Assembly: GCA_002392645.1 (NCBI GenBank)
Contig: DGHL01000040.1
Location: 17,906 to 81,905 of the forward strand
DNA from: Prevotellaceae bacterium UBA3849
GTDB taxonomy: Bacteria > Bacteroidota > Bacteroidia > Bacteroidales > Bacteroidaceae
DNA: 64,000 nt
Direction of reading: 5' to 3'
Shown here: in pieces, positions 1-8,955 of the stretch
How positions within the stretch are numbered: position 1 is the first letter of the stretch
Layout: the number at the start of each line of letters is the position of its first letter
Notes under the pieces: model-generated
Seen by the model: the letters and a program-made list of their open reading frames with translations, nothing else
Told to the model about the DNA's origin: nothing
Databases searched by the model: none
Made by a program: the position numbers and the translations under genes

Positions 1-195
1 AGAGAACAGCTGCCAGAGGAGGTCTTGGTCAGGGTGTGACAGTATGCTCATGAGCCTGTTTACGTTGTTCTCGTAAAACTGATACTCATTTTCCTTCACC
101 ATTGGGTTGAGCCAATGAAGGAAGTTGTGCATGAATATGCCTATGATGGCAAAGCCCCTCAGGGCAGAACATTCGGTCTTGCTTAGTAATGTCAT
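1..195 (-). CDS. Acyltransferase family 3 (OafA-like) membrane protein, 5' part only; runs off the window edge
   Basis: Hand translation from ATG at 195 gives MTLLSKTECSALRGFAIIGIFMHNFLHWL..., and LRG.AI..I..HN is the typical acyltransferase_3 N-terminus. It is absent from the ORF track because it is truncated. Confidence 0.75.
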   Translation of the reverse strand, partial: MTLLSKTECSALRGFAIIGIFMHNFLHWLNPMVKENEYQFYENNVNRLMSILSHPDQDLLWQLFS

Positions 196-240
196 AGTTA
201 CATCTTCGTTTATATGTTGCTGGCGGAGGGCAGCGTGTGC

Positions 241-2091
241 CTACTTCAGCTTGTCGTAGTCCACGGAGTGCTTCAGTAGTCGTGGTCGTTGCTCATTATA
301 CTGCGGCGACAGCAGGTCGTATTCAGGTTTGTAATACGGGCAGTGTATGCCAGCCAGTCCTATGAGCATGTGAGACAAGGCGTCGGTCATGTATCTCTTG
401 TTCCTTGCCTTCCTTATGGCCTTATATACATCGCGGTGCTTCCTGATGTACTTCTGCGTGCAGTACACCCACATAGGGATGCGGAACTCCTCGTCAGCCA
501 GTCGCTTGTTGATGTTGGCGTCGTGCATGCGTCCGAAGAAATGGCGTACGCCAGGTCCGAACACCTCCTCGCCATGGTCAGGCAGGTATATTATCACGGC
601 ATCCTCATTCTTGAAGCGCTTCACAATCTGGTTCACCACGGAATCGTTGTACCATACGGCATTGTCATAGTCAGACATCACCTTACGACGTTTCACCGGC
701 ATGTCCATGTCGTTAGGATAGTCGTTAGCGCCCCACTTCTTCTTAGAGTTAGGGCAGCGTATGCGGTAGTTCACGTGAAGTCCCATGAGATGGAAGATGG
801 TGAGCCTGCCGCGTGCCTTGCGTATGGAGTCGCCGTTCTGCTCCATTATATACTTGTAGTCGTCAAGCAGTCCCTCGTCGAAAATGTGGAGCTTGGCGTT
901 ACGGTGGTCAAACTGCGCCTTTGAGAGCGTAGAGTCGTTGAGGAAGAAGCCGCCGCTGAAGTCCCATACCGGCTCCTTGGCCTGTGGCAGGAACTGGTTG
1001 GTGATGAAGGTGACGTCGTAGCCCGCCTTGCGGAAGAGCTGGCAGAAGAGAGGATAGTCGCACCAGTCGTTCTCGTCGCCAACGCAGTATGTCGTCATGA
1101 GGTGCTTGAAGACATAGCTTGTAAGGTTCCATGGCGACACCACGTCCTGCAGCGGTATCAGGAAACCCTGCTTCTTCATCCTCATCTGGTTAGGCATGTT
1201 CTTCTTGTCGTATCCGTAGAGCTGTGCATGGCGTTTGTTGAAGCTCTCGCCGATTATCAGCACGATGTTGGTGCTCTTGAAGTCGCATGAATCCACGTAA
1301 GCCTTCTCGGTAGTCGCCTTTATGCGGTCCAGCTGCTTTGCTATGAGCTGGTTGCTCCTTATGGAGAAAGCCAGTCGCATGGGAGGCTGGTACATCTCGG
1401 TACGAGGACTTACGGCAAGAGAGTGCTCCACCTCGCCAATGGTGTTGCACGACATGGTCTTGATGTACAGACTCTTGTTCTGCCATCCCATGATGCATAT
1501 CCATACCAGCAGTCCGAACACCACGGCGTCGCATGCGGCGAGTGTAAGCCTTGGCATCCTGAACCTGCGGTTGAACTTCACATATCTCTGTACGATGATA
1601 CATATAATGTGGGCAAGAGGCACGAGCAATACTATGCCAACCTCAGACAACAGAATGTCGGTATTGACGTAGCTTGTAAGGAACTCCCCCGCCTCGTTGC
1701 TGTTGGTCTCACCCAGCAGCAAAAGCATGGAAGGGTTGATGGTGCTGCCGAACTTGACGAAGCAGAAGGTGTCGATGACATACAGAGGATATATTATGAG
1801 ATATATCAGCACCTTGACGATGAGACGCAGTGGCATGCTCCACCTGCCTATGCGTAATGACTTGGGCACAAGCCACACTAATGCGCATACGAGATATACG
1901 TCGAGAAACAGTTCCAAAGGAGCATTCTCATACATGTGTGCTCCCTTGAAATCAGGTACTGTCACTATGCTGCTCACTATACCTAAGAGGTACAGGAAGA
2001 AGAACATTCTTGTGAATATGGGTTTGAGTAGTATTGGCACGGCAATTATCTTTTTGCTTGCAAAGTTACATACTTTTTCCCTAAATTCCAA
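241..2091 (-). CDS. Phosphoethanolamine transferase (EptA/sulfatase-like); true start probably GTG 2040 or ATG 2007
   Basis: N-terminal TM helices with the ET..EA.EF motif, then IVLIIGES, the T nucleophile region (SPWNLTS), HLMGLH, YDN and PDHGE. A TAACTTTG promoter element lies at about 2061-2068 inside the longest ORF, so the annotated start is too far upstream. Confidence 0.88.
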   Translation of the reverse strand: MEFREKVCNFASKKIIAVPILLKPIFTRMFFFLYLLGIVSSIVTVPDFKGAHMYENAPLELFLDVYLVCALVWLVPKSLRIGRWSMPLRLIVKVLIYLIIYPLYVIDTFCFVKFGSTINPSMLLLLGETNSNEAGEFLTSYVNTDILLSEVGIVLLVPLAHIICIIVQRYVKFNRRFRMPRLTLAACDAVVFGLLVWICIMGWQNKSLYIKTMSCNTIGEVEHSLAVSPRTEMYQPPMRLAFSIRSNQLIAKQLDRIKATTEKAYVDSCDFKSTNIVLIIGESFNKRHAQLYGYDKKNMPNQMRMKKQGFLIPLQDVVSPWNLTSYVFKHLMTTYCVGDENDWCDYPLFCQLFRKAGYDVTFITNQFLPQAKEPVWDFSGGFFLNDSTLSKAQFDHRNAKLHIFDEGLLDDYKYIMEQNGDSIRKARGRLTIFHLMGLHVNYRIRCPNSKKKWGANDYPNDMDMPVKRRKVMSDYDNAVWYNDSVVNQIVKRFKNEDAVIIYLPDHGEEVFGPGVRHFFGRMHDANINKRLADEEFRIPMWVYCTQKYIRKHRDVYKAIRKARNKRYMTDALSHMLIGLAGIHCPYYKPEYDLLSPQYNEQRPRLLKHSVDYDKLK

Positions 2092-2185
2092 ATAATGAAT
2101 CTCGTTTGTCCTTAAAAATCCGCTTTTCGTCTATTTGTAAATCAAAAAAAATTAAAAACAGCCACTTCATTTCCCCTTTTTTGTA

Positions 2186-2193
2186 TAACTTTG
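2186..2193 (+). promoter_or_regulatory. Bacteroidota housekeeping promoter -7 element (TAACTTTG) for the 2282 gene
   Basis: Matches the TAnnTTTG consensus, about 90 bp upstream of the ATG. Confidence 0.6.
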
Positions 2194-2281
2194 CCCTCCG
2201 AAAACTAACTGGCTGCCGCTTGAAAGGCAATATTTCCAAGTGAGGTATATATAGATAAAAAGTTTATCATTTACTATAATA

Positions 2282-5200
2282 ATGCGAAAAATCATATCAT
2301 TTATCATTACTGCAATGTGTGCATTGACGCTGCATGCTGAAGATACCGCAAACAGCGTAGATGCCTTGTTGTTCACCCTAAACGACAGTAGCGTGGTGGC
2401 GATAGACATCAATGCTACGGATTCAATTACATTCTCAGAAGACAGGACGAACTTCATGTTCCATTATGGTGAAAGTGTCACCACACTGCCATTGAGCAAT
2501 GTGCTCGACATGACCTATGGCTACATGCCTACTGCCCTCACCGTGACCTATAACGGTGCAAAGGCAAAGGTGGTGAATCCTTATTACCTTGACGGCGTCA
2601 CTGCCGAGGTTGACGGAGCGTATGTCACAATCAATAATAACGACAGCCTTACAGAGCGCACCGTGAACCTGACTGGCACTACCACCGATGGCAACCTTAC
2701 GTATAACGGTAAGTATAAGGCTACCATAGTACTTGACGGCGTGAGCATAACGAGCACCAAGGGAGCCGCCATAGACATAGAGTGCGGCAAGCGCATAGCA
2801 CTGGAGGTGAAGAAGGAGACTGTAAACACCCTCGTGGACTGTGCCAATGGCAAGCAGAAGGCTGCACTCTACTGTAAGGGACATCTCGAGATAGACAAGG
2901 CTGGTACGCTCAACGTGACGGGAAACACCAAGCACGCCATAGCTGCCAAGGAGTATATACAGCTGAAGAAGGCTGCCGGCATAATAAACATACTCGGCGC
3001 AAAGAGCGACGGCATACACTGCGGACAGTATTTCGTGGGCAACGGATATACGGTGAATGTCAGCAATGTGGCTGGCGACGGCATACAGGCAGAGGCAGAG
3101 ACGCTGGATGCCGGTGAGCAGTGGGAGGAGGACTATCTCAATGGCTCAATGCTCATACAGGGCGGCACATACAACGTAAGCATTACCGGCGATGACAGCG
3201 ATGCCCTGAAGGCTGACACCACCATCACGGTGAACAGTGCAAAGCAGGCTACCGTACTGACACTCAACACCACTGGCGCTGCATGTAAGGCAATAAAGTC
3301 AGACGGTGCGGTGAACATCGGCGACTGTAATATCACCATCACACAGTCGGGTGACAAGATCGTTGCCGACGGCGATGCAAGCTATACCACAGCCATCAAG
3401 GCTGCACTTGACGTCAACATCACTGCAGGTAACATCACCGTAGAAAACACTGCCGACGGAGGCAAGGGCATATCTGCCGACGGCAATGTGAATATTTCTG
3501 GCGATGCCACAGTGCTCAACATAACAGCTAACGGCAACGGCGGCGTTTATGACACTGAAGGCACTACGCAGGAAACACAGGAGACCACCGTGTCATACAA
3601 GATGTATTTCGCCAAGCCTGCAAGTACAGGGCAGAACCAGGGCTTCGGTCCTAACCAAGGCAGTCAGGCATGGGGCAACATCTACCTTTATAAGGGTGCC
3701 AGCCAGAGCAGCGGCACACTCGTTGCCACACTCACCTCGACAGAAACGGTAAACGGCGTTACCTATTATACATACGACTTTACGTCAGACCCATCAAGCA
3801 CATACTATCTGAAGTCTGACAACGTAACATCGCGCGGAACCACCTACCAAGTAGCATCTGCCACCTTCACCGTAGCAAATGGGGGCTATTACCTTACGAT
3901 TTCAGACAGCTATAACACCACTACCATCTCAGGCTATCGCATATACTCTTACAGCACGTCGTCGTATGCCGGAGGCAGTCAGACTGATACGGAGGAGAGT
4001 GGCGAGACCTACAATGCTGTCTGCATAAAGGCAGACAATACACTTACCGTTGACGGTGGTACGCTGACACTCATCAATAACGGCAACATGTCGAAGTCGC
4101 TGAAGGCAGACCGCGTGGTTATCAACGGTGGCGACATCACATCCACGGTAAAGGGTTCGCTATATGTTAATGGTTCCGATGCCTCATATTGCTCAAGCGT
4201 CAAGTGTAACTACTACGTAGGCAATGGCGGCAAGGTCACCTTCAATGCCTCTACAGGCAGTGCCTGCCGCGGTATATCTGCCGATGATGACATCACCATT
4301 AACGGTGGTACATACGATATTACCAACTCTTGCAACGGCTATGTGTCTTCCGTTGACCACTACACGGCTAAGGCCCTCAAGTGTGACAACACCATTAATC
4401 TCATAGGTGGCAACATCACCATCAAGATGACAGGCACTGGAGGCAAGGGCATCAAGGCTGGCACCACTGCTGTAGGAACGTCTTTCGTCATGGGTAACAG
4501 CAGTACCAACGAGGGACCTGTGCTCAGCGTCACCACTACAGGTTCTGCTCTCTCTACAGGTACGTCATCCAGCAGTCAGGGAGGCTTCGGCGGCATGCAG
4601 CAGGCTTCAGGTGCAGACTCTAAGGCTATCAAGTCAATGGGTGCAGCAAACATCTATGGCGGTAACCTGATAGTAAGCACTTCCACCGACGGGGCAGAAG
4701 GCCTGGAGTCAAAGACTGGCGTCACAATATATGGCGGCAACCATTTCTTCAAATGCTACGACGACTGCATCAACTCTGCAGGTATAGTCAACTTTGCAGG
4801 TGGTAATACGGTTTGCTATGCCTACGGCAACGATGCCGTAGACTCTAACTATGGCAGGACGGGAGCTATTACTATATCAGGCGGCAATGTGTTCACATAT
4901 ACCACCAAGGGCTCACCAGAGGAAGGCTTTGACTGCGACAATAACTCTTACATCACCATCACTGGCGGCATAGCAGTATCAGCAGGTGGCGCACAGGGTA
5001 ACAGCAGTGGCACGCAGAGCGTAGGCTCTTCTTCACAGGGCTATTACCTCGGTTCTTCGCCGTCAAGCTACAGTGCCAACACATACTATACGCTCTGTAA
5101 CACGTCGGGCACTCCGATATGCACTTACGTATTCGATGCAGCATGCTCTAATACCCTGTCACTGCTCACCGCATCAAACCTTGGCAAGGGAACTATCACG

Positions 5201-5329
5201 GTGAAGAGTGGTTCGTCAAAGCCTACGGCATACGATACCAGCGTTTCAAACCTTGACGGCAAAGAGGTGTTCTTTATTAATCCTACGGTGACTACCTCCT
5301 CAACTACGGCTACGCTGACAAGTAAGTAA
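2282..5329 (+). CDS. Secreted carbohydrate-binding beta-helix protein (Cthe_2159/DUF4353-like)
   Basis: Signal peptide; repeated DGI/KAIK/GKGI/AEGLESK/DDCIN/DAVDSN/EEGFDCD beta-helix motifs characteristic of the Cthe_2159 family. Confidence 0.8.
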   Translation: MRKIISFIITAMCALTLHAEDTANSVDALLFTLNDSSVVAIDINATDSITFSEDRTNFMFHYGESVTTLPLSNVLDMTYGYMPTALTVTYNGAKAKVVNPYYLDGVTAEVDGAYVTINNNDSLTERTVNLTGTTTDGNLTYNGKYKATIVLDGVSITSTKGAAIDIECGKRIALEVKKETVNTLVDCANGKQKAALYCKGHLEIDKAGTLNVTGNTKHAIAAKEYIQLKKAAGIINILGAKSDGIHCGQYFVGNGYTVNVSNVAGDGIQAEAETLDAGEQWEEDYLNGSMLIQGGTYNVSITGDDSDALKADTTITVNSAKQATVLTLNTTGAACKAIKSDGAVNIGDCNITITQSGDKIVADGDASYTTAIKAALDVNITAGNITVENTADGGKGISADGNVNISGDATVLNITANGNGGVYDTEGTTQETQETTVSYKMYFAKPASTGQNQGFGPNQGSQAWGNIYLYKGASQSSGTLVATLTSTETVNGVTYYTYDFTSDPSSTYYLKSDNVTSRGTTYQVASATFTVANGGYYLTISDSYNTTTISGYRIYSYSTSSYAGGSQTDTEESGETYNAVCIKADNTLTVDGGTLTLINNGNMSKSLKADRVVINGGDITSTVKGSLYVNGSDASYCSSVKCNYYVGNGGKVTFNASTGSACRGISADDDITINGGTYDITNSCNGYVSSVDHYTAKALKCDNTINLIGGNITIKMTGTGGKGIKAGTTAVGTSFVMGNSSTNEGPVLSVTTTGSALSTGTSSSSQGGFGGMQQASGADSKAIKSMGAANIYGGNLIVSTSTDGAEGLESKTGVTIYGGNHFFKCYDDCINSAGIVNFAGGNTVCYAYGNDAVDSNYGRTGAITISGGNVFTYTTKGSPEEGFDCDNNSYITITGGIAVSAGGAQGNSSGTQSVGSSSQGYYLGSSPSSYSANTYYTLCNTSGTPICTYVFDAACSNTLSLLTASNLGKGTITVKSGSSKPTAYDTSVSNLDGKEVFFINPTVTTSSTTATLTSK

Positions 5330-5437
5330 TTGTTTGTTGACATCAGGAACGTAAATAGACAGATTGAATTTGAATGTTAGTAAGTTAAAATTCTTTTACA
5401 ATACATTTTTCATATTAGTTATAGGTTAATTTTTTCC

Positions 5438-5476
5438 AATCCCCCAGCTGTCGTGAGACATCCGGGGGATTTTTTT
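5438..5476 (+). terminator. Rho-independent terminator
   Basis: AATCCCCC...GGGGGATT stem followed by a T-run, downstream of the 2282-5329 gene. Confidence 0.75.
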
Positions 5477-5524
5477 ATTGCTTCTTGCCTCTACGATACC
5501 AATACTAAGACTGCCACCGATTCA

Positions 5525-5650
5525 TTTTTACTACCACAGTTTTTTACTACCACGGATTTTTTACGACCACAGATTACATGGATTACAAGGATTTTAGCTT
5601 CGCCCCACACAGCTATTGCACAGATTATAAACGGATTGCATAGAGATTAT
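5525..5650. repeat. Degenerate short tandem repeats (ACCAC(A/G)G(A)TT / GGATTACA units)
   Basis: tttttactaccacagtt / tttttactaccacggatt / ttttacgaccacagatt followed by acatggattacaaggatt. Confidence 0.55.
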
Positions 5651-5839
5651 GCGCATTTTAGTCCTTCCACCTCTGCAGGGAGAAAGACTAAACTCTTATA
5701 TTCTAAACAGACAAGTAAAAAAATGTTAAAAATGAGCAAAAAGTTTGGTGGATTAAAATAAACGTTGTAATTTTACCCCCAACTTTTGTTCGCTAACTAA
5801 TATTTTTTCTTATTTACTAACTTTTTATATTTCAATCTT

Positions 5840-8083
5840 ATGAACAGCAAAGTACATGGCGTTATCGTTAGGGCCATTAAAAATGTAATTGACCCTACAG
5901 TACTTGAAATTCTTTACTCAAGCATAGATCAAGATGCTTGGAAAAAGGTAAGGGATGATTTACAACTGGACAATAACAATGAAACTCCAGAAGTTTACGA
6001 CAGAGCCAAGAGCTATTTTGACATTTTATGTCTTGGCGCAGTCGATGAAGACAACACGAAGCTATTGTCTGATGTAGAAGATCCTAATGCAAAAGCATGC
6101 GCAATGGGACAGATTCTTGTGTCACAGTCTGGTGAGCACCAGCATTGGCTTGAACATTTCTGGAATGACTCCCTTAGTGATGACAGAAATGGAGGCAGTA
6201 AACAAGGTTTCTCTATTAATCACAAATACATCGCTGATGTCGTCAGCGAAATAACTGGAGTCAACTATTTACAGACATTCGGAAACTTAGGCGGTCTTAA
6301 GTTAGGCAGTATGTCTAATGAAGCTGTCACAGCACTTGTAGAAGCCGCTATAGCGTTGTGGTACGGAGACAACTTATATGACAGTTATTATTCTGCTCCT
6401 AACAGAGCCAATAGATACTGGAAAAAGGCCCTCGAACAATATCAGAAAGAAGAATACGAAAGAGCATTTTATAATTTAGGAAAAGTCTGCCACTTATTAG
6501 CGGATGTAGGTACGCCTGCTCACGTACACAACGATGGACACATGGGAGTTAACTGGCTGGAAACCTTTCTAAAAAAGATTGGCATTGACACCGATTGTCC
6601 GGATTTCTTTAAAGTAGATGATGACAAATATGAAGTAACAACTGGAAAAGCCATTGAAGAAAAGTTGGAATCACTACCAAAAGAATTCGACAGATATGAC
6701 GAGGCTCTGCCACATAATTGGAGACTAACAGACAAAGGCTACGTTTACTATGATCCATCATGGAATTTATACGATTATTTCAAGAGCCTTGGCCAATTAA
6801 CTAGAAAATACGATAGTGACGACGCTGATGGCGTCAGTAGAAATAAGCCTTTCCATTGGGAACATTTCGATTTGCTTAACTTTGATTCATTCACCCATGC
6901 ACTGGAACGTTGTGCAAACGATGATCTCACAGAGTATGCATGTAATGCAATAGCTCAGGATCTGATACCTCTGTCTATAGCACATACTGCGGGTATTCTT
7001 TACTTATTCTTTAATTCGGTAAAAGCCGTCGTAACATGTCCACAGACATATAAGGTGGCTGCTAAAAAAATACATATACACAATGACGAGGATGATTGTC
7101 AGGCAGGAGAGATCTACTTCACATTGAATGCTAATGAACACTATCGATATCTCCCTAAGATTTCAGCAAACTCAGGAGACGTCAAGAACCTGACAGGTAC
7201 ATTGTCTTGTGAAGTAACAACCCCTGCAACTTCAAAAGGCCAAATCGAGATACACACAGAAGCCGAAGACAATGATGACTGGACTGTATTGGGAATCACT
7301 TTCCATAAAGCGAAAGACAGTCTTGGAGAAACAAACGATATAATTGAAGTTTCCGAAGTTGACAAATCCAAACAACCTGTAGAGTTTAGCAAAAGGTCAT
7401 CTAATAAAGACTATACTATCTACATATCCGTCAGAAAGGGTGAGAAAGAAAAGAAGACACATGACATTAAAAAAATCCTGAAGAAAATCGATGCAAAGAA
7501 ATTAGAAAAATTATTAGCATCAAAATATAAGGAAGGCTCAACATTTGCAATGCAACCTCTGTTGATGAATTTGGACTCTCATCATTTCCATTGTAATACT
7601 TTGGCAAACAAAGACTGCATGACATGGAGAAATGTCTCCGGTCGTAAAATAAAGGCATATGTTTACGATTCTGAAATATCTAAGTTCAGGAAGATTTCCC
7701 CTAAAAACAGTATGAAAGTATTACAGGGGTTGATGAAACATGTCAACAATATATTGGCACAAGGAGCAAATAAGCAGAAATTCATCAATCAATTAAACTC
7801 ACGACTTTCTTCTTCTACGAAAATTACAGAACAAGACATCAAGGATTATACCAAGGAAGTATTAAAAACGATTGATACTCCTAAATTCAAGGAATGTATT
7901 GATATAGAAGAACAGAAAAAGAATATTCTAAGCTGCCTGCCTGGATTATCAGACGAAAACAAAGAATACCTCTCAGAAGTTACTTCTAAAAACTTCTATG
8001 ATAAATTTAAGACTTCATGTTCTTGCTGTCAAGATAAGAAGACGCAGAAATATCTACAGCTTAGAAAATCAATGATCAAATAA
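5840..8083 (+). CDS. Orphan protein with Zn-dependent phospholipase C/P1-nuclease-like N-terminal domain, putative C2-like domain and Cys/His-rich C-terminus
   Basis: Motifs VH (N-terminus), LGAVDED, EHFWND, AFYNLGKVCHLLADVGTPAH and DKYE fall in the order of the tri-zinc PLC ligands. The gene is visibly more AT-rich than its neighbours and has no signal peptide. Confidence 0.6.
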   Translation: MNSKVHGVIVRAIKNVIDPTVLEILYSSIDQDAWKKVRDDLQLDNNNETPEVYDRAKSYFDILCLGAVDEDNTKLLSDVEDPNAKACAMGQILVSQSGEHQHWLEHFWNDSLSDDRNGGSKQGFSINHKYIADVVSEITGVNYLQTFGNLGGLKLGSMSNEAVTALVEAAIALWYGDNLYDSYYSAPNRANRYWKKALEQYQKEEYERAFYNLGKVCHLLADVGTPAHVHNDGHMGVNWLETFLKKIGIDTDCPDFFKVDDDKYEVTTGKAIEEKLESLPKEFDRYDEALPHNWRLTDKGYVYYDPSWNLYDYFKSLGQLTRKYDSDDADGVSRNKPFHWEHFDLLNFDSFTHALERCANDDLTEYACNAIAQDLIPLSIAHTAGILYLFFNSVKAVVTCPQTYKVAAKKIHIHNDEDDCQAGEIYFTLNANEHYRYLPKISANSGDVKNLTGTLSCEVTTPATSKGQIEIHTEAEDNDDWTVLGITFHKAKDSLGETNDIIEVSEVDKSKQPVEFSKRSSNKDYTIYISVRKGEKEKKTHDIKKILKKIDAKKLEKLLASKYKEGSTFAMQPLLMNLDSHHFHCNTLANKDCMTWRNVSGRKIKAYVYDSEISKFRKISPKNSMKVLQGLMKHVNNILAQGANKQKFINQLNSRLSSSTKITEQDIKDYTKEVLKTIDTPKFKECIDIEEQKKNILSCLPGLSDENKEYLSEVTSKNFYDKFKTSCSCCQDKKTQKYLQLRKSMIK

Positions 8084-8127
8084 ATGTATAAAGAAAGGAT
8101 TATTGCATTAATCCTAAACATAAAATA

Positions 8128-8166
8128 AAAAGCGCCCTGCAGGAGTTTTCTCTGCGGGGCGCTTTT
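8128..8166 (+). terminator. Rho-independent (bidirectional-looking) terminator
   Basis: AAAAGCGCCCTGCAG...CTGCGGGGCGCTTTT stem-loop after the 5840-8083 gene. Confidence 0.75.
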
Positions 8167-8485
8167 ACAAAGGCCTAAGGCCGATTTACATGTTTTATCT
8201 GTTTTTCCATTTTTATTCTTTATCCACGCCATCAGTGTGTGGAGACTACTCACTTTTCACTCTAACTGGTGGTGGGGGGAAGATAAAATAGATTTCAAGC
8301 GCCATGAGCCTTAACCATGTATTCACACTAATTTGCTCTAAGTCACGCGCGATTGAAAAGGCGCGGGCACCCGCGTAAATAATATACGGCTTTCTTTGCA
8401 TTAATGCAAGGAAGGCCGCTGTGTTATGAAATAGGCATTACGAAGAAGTAGCGGCGTTCAACTCCTGAACGTCGCTATTTCTTGT

Positions 8486-8515
8486 ATCTCGCCGTTGAAA
8501 AAAGAAAGTGAAAGG
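8486..8515 (+). repeat. 30-bp direct repeat, left copy (ATCTCGCCGTTGAAAAAAGAAAGTGAAAGG)
   Basis: Identical to 10266-10295. Confidence 0.92.
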
Positions 8516-8649
8516 GACAGGAAACTGATCAAGAGAAACGGATTTAATCGTTGTTTTTGCAATTATTATGCAATATTTTTAGCTTTTATCTTTGTATTTA
8601 CAATTTTTATTTGTATCTTTGCAACCGAAATACATAAGACATTGATAAC

Positions 8650-8952
8650 ATGTGGACAGAACTTAGTGATACAGCCATACTGAACAAACTTGGTACGAGG
8701 CTAAAAGATTATCGTATATCAAGTGGCCTAAAACAGCAGGAACTGGCCATGGAGTCTGGCGTTGGTGTAAGCACCATTGCCAAGATAGAAAGCGGGCAGT
8801 CTGTTTCGTTCTCATTATTAATCAGTGTCATGAGAACGCTTGGATTACTTGAAAACCTCGATCTGCTTGTGCCTGAGCAGAAACCCTCTCCCTTGGAACT
8901 ATTGAAAACGCAGGGAAAACAGGTAAAACGAGTAAGGACTAAGAAAGAGTAA
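8650..8952 (+). CDS. XRE-family HTH antitoxin (HipB-like)
   Basis: HTH motif LKQQELAMESGVGVSTIAKIESG; ends 3 bp before a HipA gene; promoter TATCTTTG at about 8614. Confidence 0.85.
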   Translation: MWTELSDTAILNKLGTRLKDYRISSGLKQQELAMESGVGVSTIAKIESGQSVSFSLLISVMRTLGLLENLDLLVPEQKPSPLELLKTQGKQVKRVRTKKE

Positions 8953-8955
8953 GAA

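Noticed and set aside
5453-5761. 102-aa ORF
   Set aside because: It starts inside a terminator hairpin and runs through tandem repeats, so it is likely spurious.
8220-8483. Hairpin cluster as a retron msr-msd or a named riboswitch
   Set aside because: There is no reverse transcriptase in the window and I recognise no riboswitch consensus; it is kept only as an unassigned structured region.
8495-8683. 62-aa ORF as a third HipBA component
   Set aside because: It has a TTG start inside the direct repeat and spans the promoter and operator; the FATE-type translation reflects the TTTGCA promoter motif.
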